DNA from: Candidatus Omnitrophota bacterium
GTDB lineage: Bacteria; Omnitrophota; Gorgyraeia; Zapsychrales; JANLHA01
DNA: 64,000 nt
Direction: 5' to 3'
NCBI GenBank assembly: GCA_963662715.1
Contig: OY759724.1
Location: 2,266,662-2,330,661 of the forward strand
The notes under the pieces were generated by a model. The model saw only the letters and a list, made by a program, of their open reading frames with translations. It was not told where the DNA came from and searched no databases. Position numbers and translations under genes: made by a program. Positions 29,370 to 39,535 of this stretch are shown in pieces; position 1 is the stretch's first letter; every line of letters begins with the position of its first letter.

Positions 29370-30100
29370 TAAAAAGATATGAAATAATTTTCGGCGCACT
29401 GTTGCTGTTGATGCTTTTTAACCCGGGTTACGGACGGGGCGAAACGATGAAACCACTCCCTTTTAAGACGGGTGAAGAAATAAGATATAACGTTAAGAAA
29501 TTTGGCGTCAAGGCCGGCACCGCGACATTGCGTTTCGAAGGGCAGACACAGTTGAACGGAAAGAGCGCCTATTTGATCGTTTTCACGGTCAAGGGCTTGA
29601 ACTTTTTTGATGAGGAACGGATCTATGTCGATCCTTACAGCTTTTTGCCGATACAGGTGGACAGGGATGTTAATGTCTTCGGGAAAGAGGAAAAGATCAC
29701 CGAGGTTTATGATCATCAGGCAGGACAGGTTGTTTTAACAAAAAAGAAAGGCGACAGGGAAGTTCAGGAGACGATAGAAAAACAGGGTAAGATTGAGAAT
29801 ATTTACGGTTTTATCTACCGGTACAGAAGAGATGGTTCGTTCGGCGAAGGAGAGACAATAAAGTTATCTCTCCCCACGAAGGATATGTCTTTTCAACTGG
29901 AAGGCAAAGAGAAAATTTCGTTAGGGCGGAAACAATATGAGGCCTATATTATGGAGAGCCATCCCAGACAATTCCGGGTTTGGTTTGATGAAAGCCCCAA
30001 GAAGATTCCGTTAAGAATTGACGGGGCCATGGGGTTTGGCCAAACATCAATGGTTTTGGCTCAGTATGATGAAAGCCGGCCTGAACAGGTTAAAGAATAA
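29366..30100 (+). CDS. Secreted DUF3108-like protein.
   Basis: Signal peptide, then 'GEEIRYNVKKFGVKAGTATLRF', reminiscent of DUF3108. The start overlaps the M20 gene's stop by 4 nt. Confidence 0.45.
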   Translation: MIKRYEIIFGALLLLMLFNPGYGRGETMKPLPFKTGEEIRYNVKKFGVKAGTATLRFEGQTQLNGKSAYLIVFTVKGLNFFDEERIYVDPYSFLPIQVDRDVNVFGKEEKITEVYDHQAGQVVLTKKKGDREVQETIEKQGKIENIYGFIYRYRRDGSFGEGETIKLSLPTKDMSFQLEGKEKISLGRKQYEAYIMESHPRQFRVWFDESPKKIPLRIDGAMGFGQTSMVLAQYDESRPEQVKE

Positions 30101-30112
30101 AAGGAGAAGAAA

Positions 30113-31036
30113 ATGGATTTAAAAGGGACGATTGTTTTTTCTTCTGGCAAATCGGGGGATTACGATATCTTTACCTTGGACTTGGATTCCCAAAGAGTGG
30201 ACCAGCTGACGACAGGGGATTGCTGGAACGATTGTCCCAAATGGTCTCCGGACGGCCAGCATATTGTTTTTATCTCCAACCGGACCGGCACTCCGGAAAT
30301 CTGGGTCATGGATGCCGAAGGGAAGGATGAACGGCGTATCACGCAACAGGACCGTTGGCATAACACCCCGGCCTGGTCACCGGACGGCAGGAAGATTGTT
30401 TTTTGCGCGAATTATGACGGCAATGTCAATATTTATACGATGAGCCTGGACGGTTCGGAACGCCGGCAGATTACAAATTATGAAGCGATGGATTATACGC
30501 CGCAATTTTCTCCCGACGGCAGTAAAATTATCTTCACGTCAAAGAAATCCGGGAGCGCCGACATTTGGGCCTATCATTGTCCCTCCGGCCAGATCGATCA
30601 GCTGACGTCTTATGAAGGCCGTGATTATGCCCCGACGTATTCGCCTGACGGGACAAGAATCGCTTTCATATCCGGCTTGCTGGGGGAGCAGGGAGAGGAA
30701 AATTTGGAAGTTTACCTTATGGACGCTCAAGGCGAAAACGTGCAGCGTATTACCCGGAATCTCGGTTCCGAGCGTCACGTGACATGGTCCCCCTGTGGAA
30801 ACTATCTCATTTATACCTCCAGCAAGAAGACATCTGCCGCAGAACGTCTTATGGTGGTTGATCTGGAGAAGATGAAAACCGAAGCTCTGAAATTCGACCG
30901 GGCAGAACTGGAAGCAGAAATTAAGTCCCCGCCGTTAGCCTACGGGATTTTTTCTTTATTGCCCGAGGGGATCCGGAGGAAATTCTACCCGGATTACTAT
31001 TTCGGTTCAGAGCGTTTTCCTGATTGGAAATATTAG
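30113..31036 (+). CDS. Protein with TolB-like / PD40 beta-propeller repeats.
   Basis: Six or more repeats of the '(W/F)SPDG..I(V/A)F.S' pattern. Confidence 0.8.
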   Translation: MDLKGTIVFSSGKSGDYDIFTLDLDSQRVDQLTTGDCWNDCPKWSPDGQHIVFISNRTGTPEIWVMDAEGKDERRITQQDRWHNTPAWSPDGRKIVFCANYDGNVNIYTMSLDGSERRQITNYEAMDYTPQFSPDGSKIIFTSKKSGSADIWAYHCPSGQIDQLTSYEGRDYAPTYSPDGTRIAFISGLLGEQGEENLEVYLMDAQGENVQRITRNLGSERHVTWSPCGNYLIYTSSKKTSAAERLMVVDLEKMKTEALKFDRAELEAEIKSPPLAYGIFSLLPEGIRRKFYPDYYFGSERFPDWKY

Positions 31037-31080
31037 TCGTGTAAATAATTTATTATCAGGGTTGTGAACATAAGGAGAAT

Positions 31081-31617
31081 ATGATGGCTAATTTTAATCA
31101 AATTTTTCAGAAATTGAATGAAGATTATAACGTGACCATGCAGAAAGACAGCGGCAATGCCTATAGCAAATTATCAACTATTTTTGAGGAATTAGACGCT
31201 TTCCTGCGGGAGTATGTCCAGGATTTAACCATGGACCAGATGAAAGCTATTGTCAAGAAACTGGAAAGCGGCGAGACCCTGAGTCCTGATGAAAAAGAAC
31301 AGATCCGTTTATGGATTGTCGGCGACGCGGACTATTATGCCAAAATGGAGAATAATGTGGAAGACTGGAAACAAGAGCTCAAAAGAATCATGGGAGAGAT
31401 TGGTGCTCTACAAACCGAGAATCCGGACATTGTTACAGCCTGTAAACTGCGGGGGTTGTTCCGGGACGGCGCCCGGGTCATCGCGGATTTGTTTTTTTAT
31501 GCCGAACAGCAGGACCGTTTGAACAAGTTTAACAACGCTATTCAGGAGATAGACACGGAAGAGCGCGGGCTTTTGATCGGTTTGCTGGAGCAAAAGATGA
31601 AGTCGCCGGATTTCTAG
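31081..31617 (+). CDS. Hypothetical protein (178 aa).
   Basis: An ORF with a coding-like composition and no recognisable motif. Confidence 0.5.
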   Translation: MMANFNQIFQKLNEDYNVTMQKDSGNAYSKLSTIFEELDAFLREYVQDLTMDQMKAIVKKLESGETLSPDEKEQIRLWIVGDADYYAKMENNVEDWKQELKRIMGEIGALQTENPDIVTACKLRGLFRDGARVIADLFFYAEQQDRLNKFNNAIQEIDTEERGLLIGLLEQKMKSPDF

Positions 31618-31662
31618 AGTCCTTCCTTTTAAAAATATAAAAAATTGTGAGCAGGACAAAAT

Positions 31663-32844
31663 ATGATGAAAAGCAAGACGAAAAAAGGATATTTTAATGC
31701 TTTCGGCGGGCAATATGTGCCGGAAACTTTAATGGCTTTGCTGGAGGATTTAGAGAAGACATACCGCCGTTTTAAAAAAGACCGGTCTTTTAAAAGAGAG
31801 TTTGCTTTTTTCTTGCGGGAATATGCCGGCCGGCCGACCAACCTCTACTATGCCCGGCGTTTGAGCGCTCATTTAAAAAAACTTAAAGTCTATCTCAAAC
31901 GGGAAGATCTCCTTCACACGGGCGCGCATAAAATCAATAACACTTTAGGGCAGATTCTGGTGGCCAAGGAGATGGGGAAGACCAGGATTATCGCCGAGAC
32001 CGGAGCCGGGCAGCACGGCGTTGCCACTGCGACGGCCTCAGCGCTTTTTGGATTGAAGTGCGAAATTTATATGGGGGTGGAAGATATCCAGCGCCAGGCC
32101 CTGAATGTCTTTCGTATGCGTTTGCTGGGCGCGCAGGTTAACCCGGTTACGAGCGGTTCCCAAACCCTTAAAGACGCCATGAACGAAGCTATACGTGATT
32201 GGGTGACCAATGTCCATGATACGTTTTATATCATTGGTTCCGTTGCCGGGCCGCATCCGTATCCTGTGATGGTGAGAGATTTTCAGGCGGTAATCGGGCG
32301 TGAAGCCAAGCGGCAGTTTTGCAGGATGGAACAGGGTTTGCCGGATTATGTTTTGGCCTGCGTGGGCGGGGGCAGTAACGCTATGGGCCTGTTTCATGCT
32401 TTTTTTAAGGATAAGTCTGTTAAAATGATCGGAGTGGAGGCTGCCGGCCTGGGTATCCATTCCGGGCAGCATGCGGCCCCGTTATCCGAAGGAGCGGTCG
32501 GTGTTTTGCACGGCAGCAAGAGCGCTTTGCTGCAAACGAAAGACGGACAGATCAAGATCGCCCATTCTATTGCGGCCGGGTTGGATTATCCCGGAGTCGG
32601 GCCGGAACATGCTTATTATCAAAGTATCGGCCGGGCGCGGTATGAGGCTGTCGATGACGCCAAGGCGATCAAGGGGTTGAAGCTGTTGTCAGAGACAGAG
32701 GGGATTATTCCTGCTCTGGAAACGGCTCATGCCATCGGATATCTGGAAACACTGGCGCGCCAGCAGAAAAAACAGGCGACCGTCATCGTATGTCTTTCCG
32801 GAAGAGGGGACAAGGATGTCGGGACAATTAAGGATCTTGTTTAG
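31663..32844 (+). CDS. trpB: Tryptophan synthase beta chain.
   Basis: '[12 protein letters not shown]' and 'HTGAHKINN' (PLP-Lys region), followed by 'GGGSNAMG'. Confidence 0.93.
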   Translation: MMKSKTKKGYFNAFGGQYVPETLMALLEDLEKTYRRFKKDRSFKREFAFFLREYAGRPTNLYYARRLSAHLKKLKVYLKREDLLHTGAHKINNTLGQILVAKEMGKTRIIAETGAGQHGVATATASALFGLKCEIYMGVEDIQRQALNVFRMRLLGAQVNPVTSGSQTLKDAMNEAIRDWVTNVHDTFYIIGSVAGPHPYPVMVRDFQAVIGREAKRQFCRMEQGLPDYVLACVGGGSNAMGLFHAFFKDKSVKMIGVEAAGLGIHSGQHAAPLSEGAVGVLHGSKSALLQTKDGQIKIAHSIAAGLDYPGVGPEHAYYQSIGRARYEAVDDAKAIKGLKLLSETEGIIPALETAHAIGYLETLARQQKKQATVIVCLSGRGDKDVGTIKDLV

Positions 32845-32871
32845 CCCCTGTTCGGGGTTGGAGTATTCGGA

Positions 32872-33678
32872 ATGAACAGAATTGACCTGAAATTTCAAGA
32901 GTTGAAAAGAAACAAACAGAAAGCCTTTATCGCTTTTGTAACGGCGGGAGATCCGCATTTAAAGATAACGGAACAGCTTGTTTATGCTTTGGAAGACAGC
33001 GGTGTGGATATGATTGAGCTGGGCGTCCCGTTCTCTGATCCTTTGGCAGACGGCCCGACCATTCAGGCCTCTTCGTACCGGTCCCTGCAGAAGGGCACGA
33101 CGTTGAAGGGGATTTTTCAGTGTGTGTCACAGATCAGGAAACGGTCCGCGATCCCGATCGCGTTGATGACCTACTACAATCCGGTCTTTCATTTTGGGGA
33201 AAAAGCGTGTGTTCGCGCTTGCCAGGAGGCCGGAGTCGATGGGCTGATTATTCCGGATCTTCCTCCTGAGGAAGCGGGCACTTTGCTCTCCGCGGCCCGT
33301 CCCGGCGGAATTTCAACGGTTTTTTTTGTCGCTCCGACCACTCGTCCGGAACGCATGCGTATGATTGCCAAGGTGTCTACCGGATTCATATATTATGTTT
33401 CTGTGGCCGGAGTGACCGGGGCCCGTCAAATGCTGCCGCGCGACCTTATTGCCCACGTTCAGGCTGTCAAACAGACCAGCTGGAAACCGGTTTGTGTGGG
33501 GTTCGGGATTTCAACGGCGCAGCAGGTCCGGCAGATAAGCCGGATAGCTGATGGCGTGATTGTGGGGAGTGCTATTATTAAAGAAGTTGAAAAACATCAG
33601 GGGAAAAAGGATCTTGTCCCCAGGGTCAGCCGGATGGTTGCCGGTCTTACCGCCCCATTAAGGATAAAAAGGAGATAA
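32872..33678 (+). CDS. trpA: Tryptophan synthase alpha chain.
   Basis: 'FVTAGDP', 'MIELGVPFSDPLADGP' and 'YYVSVAGVTG'. Confidence 0.92.
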   Translation: MNRIDLKFQELKRNKQKAFIAFVTAGDPHLKITEQLVYALEDSGVDMIELGVPFSDPLADGPTIQASSYRSLQKGTTLKGIFQCVSQIRKRSAIPIALMTYYNPVFHFGEKACVRACQEAGVDGLIIPDLPPEEAGTLLSAARPGGISTVFFVAPTTRPERMRMIAKVSTGFIYYVSVAGVTGARQMLPRDLIAHVQAVKQTSWKPVCVGFGISTAQQVRQISRIADGVIVGSAIIKEVEKHQGKKDLVPRVSRMVAGLTAPLRIKRR

Positions 33679-33685
33679 ATGAAAG

Positions 33686-34960
33686 ATGTATCAGAAGGAT
33701 GTCTTAAAAAATGGTATACGCATTGCGACGCATGAGATGAAAGACCGAGAGAGCCTTTCGATTGGGGTGTGGATCGGCGTTGGCGGCCGTTACGAAGAAG
33801 ATGCTGTTAAAGGGGCCGCGCATTTTTTGGAACATCTTGCGTTTAAGGGCAGCGCAGCTTATTCTTGCGAAGAAATCAAAGGGCGTATCGAGGGCGTCGG
33901 GGGGAGCCTGAACGCTTTTACGGCTGAAGAACAGACGTGTTACTATGCGAAAATTCCTGCCCGATACGTCGGCTCGACCCTGGATGTTCTCCTGGACATT
34001 GTCTTTCATCCCCGCATGAGAGCCCCGGATATCGAGCGGGAACGGACTGTCATCCTGGAAGAAATTAAGATGTACCGGGACCTGCCGCAGTATTTTGTCA
34101 TCGACTTGCTGGAGGGTATGATGTGGCCCGGGCATCCATTGGGGAAGAATCTGGCCGGCACCCCGGAATCGGTAACACAGATAACCCGTAAGCAACTTAG
34201 GGATTTTCATCGGCAACATTATGCCCCTTTGAATATCGTTGTCGCAGCCTGCGGAAAAGTTCAGCACGATTCTTTTGTCGATATGGTCCGGAAGAAACTT
34301 GCCTCCTGCCCTGAGGCGTCTAAAGTGCCCTGTTTAAAAGCTGAGGAGGGGCCGCGGCCTTCGGCGGTCACGTTCTTCGAACGGCCCATAGAGCAGATGC
34401 ATTTAGCGCTGGGGATGCCGGGGTATTGCGATCATCATAAAGATAAATACGTTCTTAATTTGTTGCATGTGATTCTCGGAGGGAACATGTCGAGCCGTCT
34501 TTTTAATGAGGTGAGGGAAAAAAGAGGCTTGGCGTATTCGATATCGACGTCCGTTAAGACGCTTTCGGATACAGGAATGTTTATGGTCAGGGCCGGGGTT
34601 GACACCCAGAAACTCGTACAGGCTGTGAAGCTGATCGTCAGCGAGCTGGATAAATTGCGCCGCCGGGGCGTGTCTTTGCCCGAATTCCAGAGGGCCAAGG
34701 ATTATTACAAAGGTCAGGTTCTGATCGGCCTGGAAGATACTCTGGACCACATGATTTGGCTGGGGGAATCGGTTTGTACGCGTAACCGTATCCGGACGTT
34801 AAACGAAATTATGCGTAAGATCAATCGAATTAAGCCTGAAGACGTTAACCGCATTGCCAAAGATGTTCTAAATAAGCAGTCTTATAACCTGGCTTTGGTC
34901 GGCCCTATTTCAGAAGGACAAAAAGGGGAAATTACTCATATCATCGGTCCGGCTGTCTGA
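33686..34960 (+). CDS. M16-family zinc peptidase (pitrilysin-like).
   Basis: The inverted zinc motif 'HFLEHLAFKG' (HxxEH), at the length expected for M16B. Confidence 0.85.
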   Translation: MYQKDVLKNGIRIATHEMKDRESLSIGVWIGVGGRYEEDAVKGAAHFLEHLAFKGSAAYSCEEIKGRIEGVGGSLNAFTAEEQTCYYAKIPARYVGSTLDVLLDIVFHPRMRAPDIERERTVILEEIKMYRDLPQYFVIDLLEGMMWPGHPLGKNLAGTPESVTQITRKQLRDFHRQHYAPLNIVVAACGKVQHDSFVDMVRKKLASCPEASKVPCLKAEEGPRPSAVTFFERPIEQMHLALGMPGYCDHHKDKYVLNLLHVILGGNMSSRLFNEVREKRGLAYSISTSVKTLSDTGMFMVRAGVDTQKLVQAVKLIVSELDKLRRRGVSLPEFQRAKDYYKGQVLIGLEDTLDHMIWLGESVCTRNRIRTLNEIMRKINRIKPEDVNRIAKDVLNKQSYNLALVGPISEGQKGEITHIIGPAV

Positions 34961-35027
34961 AGCAGAAGGAATGCGGAGCCTTGATTGCGAGTTATCGTCC
35001 GGAGAAAGGGAAAAATCTTTTTTTGAT

Positions 35028-35056
35028 TTGACAACTTTTGTATTATCGGTTAGACT
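35028..35056 (+). promoter_or_regulatory. Sigma70-like promoter (TTGACA, 17-nt spacer, TAGACT).
   Basis: TTGACA at 35028-35033 and TAGACT at 35051-35056. It sits about 40 nt upstream of the SD 'AAGGAGG' and the ATG at 35098. Confidence 0.5.
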
Positions 35057-35097
35057 CATTCTAATTCTTAAACGTTACTAATTCCAAGGAGGTCAGC

Positions 35098-35271
35098 ATG
35101 GAAGAATTGTCTTTCTATGATGTCAAAACAAAGACGAAATTCACTTCAAATGAGTATGATATTCGTGAGAAGAGCGGAAAATTCTTCGCCGTGACAAAAT
35201 CCAAAGCCGGAACTCATGAATGCTGGCGTGTTCTTGGGAAAGACCAGGCTGAGAAGCTGAAGAATCAATAA
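35098..35271 (+). CDS. Small hypothetical protein (57 aa), missing from the ORF track because it falls below 60 aa.
   Basis: Strong SD 'CCAAGGAGGTCAGC' before the ATG. Its own promoter lies upstream. Sequence: 'MEELSFYDVKTKTKFTSNEYDIREKSGKFFAVTKSKAGTHECWRVLGKDQAEKLKNQ'. Confidence 0.55.
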   Translation: MEELSFYDVKTKTKFTSNEYDIREKSGKFFAVTKSKAGTHECWRVLGKDQAEKLKNQ

Positions 35272-35315
35272 AAGACAGCTTTGAGGTCCTTTGGAGCTTT
35301 ATTAGAAAAGATATT

Positions 35316-35660
35316 GTGACACCTTTGAAATTAGCTAAGACAGTCGCGGATTTGGCTTCTGATAAAAAAGCAGAGGATACGGTTATCCTCAATATGCGGA
35401 AAGTGGCGAATTTCTGCGATTTTTTTGTCATCTGTACTGGCAATTCAGACAGGCACGTTAAAGCTATTGCAGACGGAATTGATGATGGTCTTCATTTGCG
35501 GGGTATTAAAACAAGACGTGCCTCTGGCCGAAAAGATTCTAAATGGGTGATTCTTGATTTAGGCCATGTTGTGGTTCATATATTTGATCAAGATGCCCGT
35601 GAGTTTTATGGGTTGGATTATCTTTGGCACGAAGCGACATCTGTTCCCTGGCCAGAATAG
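35316..35660 (+). CDS. rsfS: Ribosomal silencing factor RsfS (Iojap).
   Basis: 'EDTVILNMRKVANFCDFFVICTGNSDRHVKAIADGI...WVILDLGHVVVHIF'. Confidence 0.88.
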   Translation: MTPLKLAKTVADLASDKKAEDTVILNMRKVANFCDFFVICTGNSDRHVKAIADGIDDGLHLRGIKTRRASGRKDSKWVILDLGHVVVHIFDQDAREFYGLDYLWHEATSVPWPE

Positions 35661-35766
35661 TATACCCTCCTTAATATCCCATTCTTCTTTTGTTTGTTCA
35701 AATGAGTTACCGTATTGAATGAAAAGATTTAATATAAGAACAATATCTTTACCATATTCATAAAAA

Positions 35767-37446
35767 ATGTTACAGAACGTCAAAGAATGTATTGTTCAAT
35801 GCGTCGCGGACAGCGTGAAATCATATTTCTCTGAGCAGGCGATGATCCCTTCCATTGAACTTGAAATTCCGCAAGATAAAAACCATGGCAATTTTTCTAC
35901 AAATATCGCTCTCAAATCTGCCCGCGTTTTAAAGAAATCTCCTATGACACTGGCGCAGATGTTCACTGACGCGATTCAGCAGCAGTATGGGACCAGCGAA
36001 TTAAGGGAAAAGATTGCCCGGATGGAAGTTAAAGCTCCGGGATTTATCAATTTCTTCCTTTCCGAAGAAGCCTACTACGATATTCTGGAACAGGTTTTTG
36101 TTCAGGGAGAAGATTACGGCCGCTCCGACATCGGAGGCGGTCGGCGCATTCAGATCGAATTCGTTTCCGCAAACCCCACCGGCCCTTTGAGTGTTGCTCA
36201 TGCCCGGCAGGCTGCGGTCGGCGATTGTCTGGGAAATATTCTTAAACATATTGGTTTTGAGGTTGTCAAAGAGTACTACGTTAATGATGAAGGCAACCAG
36301 ATCAATATTTTAGGGCGTTCTATCCAGGGCCGGGCCCGCGAAATTTTAGGGGATCCGGATGTTGTTTTCCCGGAAGAGGGGTACCAGGGAGAATATGTGC
36401 GGGATATGGCGCGTGTTTTTTTAGAGCAGGAGGGCGTAGGCACGTTGGCAGAGGCCATGGCCCTGCCTGCAGAGAGCTATTCCCAGTTTGGAGTGGATAC
36501 TCTTATGGCCATTATACAGAAGGAACTGGCCGACTTCGGGGTGTGTTTCGACCATTGGTCCTATCAGTCGCAAGTCGCATCTGATGCGCAGGTGCAGCAG
36601 ACCCTGGAATTCTTGAAAAGTAAAGACTATTTATATGATAAAGACGGGGCTTTGTGGTTTCGTTCAACCCGGTTCGGAGACGATAAGGACCGGGTTTTGA
36701 GAAAACGGGACGGCACGTATACGTATTTTGCCCCGGACATCGCTTATCACCGGAATAAATATCAGCGGGGCTTTCATAAAATTATTAATATTTGGGGGCC
36801 GGACCATCACGGGTATATCCCGCGTATCACCGCGGCTGTTGAGGCTGTAGGGGAATCCCGGGAATCCTTTAAAGTCCTTATCGTTCAACTGGCCACAATA
36901 TACCGGGACGGCCAACCCGTGTCCATGTCGACAAGGCGGGGGCAGTATATATCCCTGCAGGAGGTTATGGATGAAGTCGGGGTGGATGCCGCAAGGTTTT
37001 TTTTCCTCATGCGCAGTATCAAGGCCCATTTGGATTTTGACCTGGAGCTGGCCAAAAAAGAAACGCCGGAGAACCCTGTATACTATATTCAGTATGCGCA
37101 TGCCCGCATACATAGTATCGTTGCCAAAGCCCGGGAAGCCGGCCTGCAGGCTCAGAAACAGGGATTTCAAGCCTTGGTTCAAGACGAAGAGCAGATTCTT
37201 ATGGAAATGATCGGCCGGTTCCCTGAGGTCTTATTCCTCTGTCATGAGCAATGGGATGTTTTTGCCCTCATCAGTTATTTGCTGGAACTTGCCACGGCTT
37301 TTCACCGTTTTTATGATAAACACCGCGTCGTTGATCCCGATGCCCCTTCATTATCTTCAGAGAGGCTTGCTTTGATTGATGCCGTGCGCATCGTGATAGG
37401 CAATGGCTTGCGTCTGGTGGGAGTGAGCGCCCCTACAAGAATGTGA
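35767..37446 (+). CDS. argS: Arginine--tRNA ligase.
   Basis: 'EFVSANPTGPLSVAHARQAAVGD' (HIGH-class region of ArgS) and the C-terminal anticodon-binding DALR-type domain. Confidence 0.92.
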   Translation: MLQNVKECIVQCVADSVKSYFSEQAMIPSIELEIPQDKNHGNFSTNIALKSARVLKKSPMTLAQMFTDAIQQQYGTSELREKIARMEVKAPGFINFFLSEEAYYDILEQVFVQGEDYGRSDIGGGRRIQIEFVSANPTGPLSVAHARQAAVGDCLGNILKHIGFEVVKEYYVNDEGNQINILGRSIQGRAREILGDPDVVFPEEGYQGEYVRDMARVFLEQEGVGTLAEAMALPAESYSQFGVDTLMAIIQKELADFGVCFDHWSYQSQVASDAQVQQTLEFLKSKDYLYDKDGALWFRSTRFGDDKDRVLRKRDGTYTYFAPDIAYHRNKYQRGFHKIINIWGPDHHGYIPRITAAVEAVGESRESFKVLIVQLATIYRDGQPVSMSTRRGQYISLQEVMDEVGVDAARFFFLMRSIKAHLDFDLELAKKETPENPVYYIQYAHARIHSIVAKAREAGLQAQKQGFQALVQDEEQILMEMIGRFPEVLFLCHEQWDVFALISYLLELATAFHRFYDKHRVVDPDAPSLSSERLALIDAVRIVIGNGLRLVGVSAPTRM

Positions 37447-37542
37447 TGTTTGTCCCTGCGCGCTTTCTTTCTTGCAGCTTAGGGAAAGGCGTAGCCATTT
37501 TATTTTTTCAGAGGATTTTTTCAACAGGCTAAAGGAAATGCA

Positions 37543-39243
37543 ATGCCGCAAATGATTTCGTCCAAACAGTGGAATATCCGTCATCCTGACTTGGCCAAAC
37601 AAGACTGGCTGCGCAGCGAGTTGACCATAGATCCTATTATCGCCCAGCTTCTCCTGAACCGGGGCATAGAGGATGTGCCCGAAGCAGATCAGTTCTTACA
37701 CGCGGACCTGCAAAAGGTTCACGACCCGTTCCTTTTGAAAGATATGGATAAGGCTCTGGCCCGCATTTCCCAGGCGCGGCGGAATAAAGAACGGATTCTG
37801 ATTTTCGGAGATTATGATGTCGACGGCGTTACTTCCACGGCTTTGCTGCACAAGGTTTTTAAAGAGGAGGGGATAGATGTTGTCACCCATATCCCTCACA
37901 GGATCAATGAGGGGTACGGCCTGAATGAACAGGCCGGACAGATAGCCAGGGACAAAAACGCTTCCCTTGTTATTTCGGTGGATTGCGGTATCACCGCTTT
38001 CCGGGAAGTTGAGCTGCTTAAGCAAGACGGCTTGGATTGTATTATTATTGACCATCATGAGCCCGCAGAACGAGGCCTTCCGGAAGCTTTAGCCGTTATT
38101 GATCCCAAACGGAAAGATTGCCCGTATCCTTTTAAACACCTGGCCGCCGTGGGGCTTGTGGCTAAGTTGTCTCATGCCCTGTCGGGCAGGGTCCGTGAGG
38201 AGGACTTGGATTTGGTGGCTTTGGGGACTATTGCCGATGTCGTCCAGCTGAGAGGAGAGAACCGCATTTTTGTTAAAGCCGGATTGCCCCGGATCGGGGC
38301 AACGAAAAATAAAGGTTTATCGGCCTTAATGGAGGTTTCGCGGATTAAAGGCAAGAAAATGAAGCCTTACCACGCGGGATTTATCCTGGGGCCGAGGATT
38401 AATGCCACGGGACGCATGGGGTCGGCTCAGAAATCCCTGGATCTTCTTCTGAGTGACGATTCTTATGTTGCGCAAAGTCTGGCCCGATCCTTGGAGGATT
38501 TGAATAATGAAAGGCAGCGTTTACAGCGGAATGTTGTGCAGGAAGCCTTGACACTGGTCGAACGGGAGGTTAACTTCCAAAACCATAAAATCATTGTGAT
38601 CAGCAAGGAAGGCTGGCATAAGGGCGTTTTGGGCATTGTCGCCTCGAGGCTCGCGGAAACCTACTATCGTCCCACGATTGTCATTTCTTTAAAAGACGGC
38701 GTCGGCACCGCCTCCGCCAGATCCATCGCTGGATTTCATTTGCATGAAGCCCTGGAATCGTGCTCGGAGATGCTTGAGAACTTCGGCGGCCATAAGCTGG
38801 CTGCGGGGCTGACGATTTTGGAACAGAATATCGAAAAGTTTAAGAAATCTATTAATGAATTTGCGCATAAATGTATTCCTGTCCCCAGGCTTGTCCCGAC
38901 TCTCGAGATTGATCAGGAAATTCCTTTGTCGAGCCTCAGTCTTGAGCTCATCGAAACGATTGACCTTTTGGAGCCTTACGGGGAGGGGAATCCTGAGCCG
39001 GTTTTCTGTGCCAGAAATCTTATTGTGAAGAATCCCCCTGTTGTCCTTGGCCGGGAAACGTTGAAATTCTGGGTTACGGACGGAAGGGTGACCCTTTCGG
39101 CCGTGGGTTTTGGCTTAGCCAGGTTCCGGGACATTGTTGTCCCCGGAGGACGCATTGATATAGCTTTTCAGCCTATCGTTGATGACTGGAATAAAGCCCC
39201 GATGGTTCAGCTCAAGATTAAGGATTTGAAAACAAGTCAATGA
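37543..39243 (+). CDS. recJ: Single-stranded-DNA-specific exonuclease RecJ.
   Basis: DHH motifs 'ILIFGDYDVDGVTS' and 'IIIDHHEP', plus the DHHA1 region 'GGHKLAAG'. Confidence 0.92.
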   Translation: MPQMISSKQWNIRHPDLAKQDWLRSELTIDPIIAQLLLNRGIEDVPEADQFLHADLQKVHDPFLLKDMDKALARISQARRNKERILIFGDYDVDGVTSTALLHKVFKEEGIDVVTHIPHRINEGYGLNEQAGQIARDKNASLVISVDCGITAFREVELLKQDGLDCIIIDHHEPAERGLPEALAVIDPKRKDCPYPFKHLAAVGLVAKLSHALSGRVREEDLDLVALGTIADVVQLRGENRIFVKAGLPRIGATKNKGLSALMEVSRIKGKKMKPYHAGFILGPRINATGRMGSAQKSLDLLLSDDSYVAQSLARSLEDLNNERQRLQRNVVQEALTLVEREVNFQNHKIIVISKEGWHKGVLGIVASRLAETYYRPTIVISLKDGVGTASARSIAGFHLHEALESCSEMLENFGGHKLAAGLTILEQNIEKFKKSINEFAHKCIPVPRLVPTLEIDQEIPLSSLSLELIETIDLLEPYGEGNPEPVFCARNLIVKNPPVVLGRETLKFWVTDGRVTLSAVGFGLARFRDIVVPGGRIDIAFQPIVDDWNKAPMVQLKIKDLKTSQ

Positions 39244-39307
39244 TGGGAGACGAAGAGTATGCCCGGCCGTTGTGGTGAAGTCCGTGTAAGAGTTTTGGAG
39301 ACGGTGC

Positions 39308-39535
39308 TTAGGCTTTTGTGATCTTGTCGGCTTTTAAGCACTTTGTGCAGACGTGAATCTTTTTGGGTGTTCCCTTGAGAAGCACTTTGACTTTTTGAAG
39401 GTTAGGAAGAAATAAACGGGCAGACTTTCCTACGATTTTGGACCCGGCACCACCTTTGCGGCGGATCATACCACGTCTTTTATATTTTCGTCCTGCAACA
39501 GGACCTTTTCCGCAGATTTCGCATACTTTTGACAT
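39308..39535 (-). CDS. rpmB: 50S ribosomal protein L28.
   Basis: 'MSKVCEICGK...RLFLPNLQKVKV', an L28-like sequence of 75 aa. Confidence 0.85.
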   Translation of the reverse strand: MSKVCEICGKGPVAGRKYKRRGMIRRKGGAGSKIVGKSARLFLPNLQKVKVLLKGTPKKIHVCTKCLKADKITKA

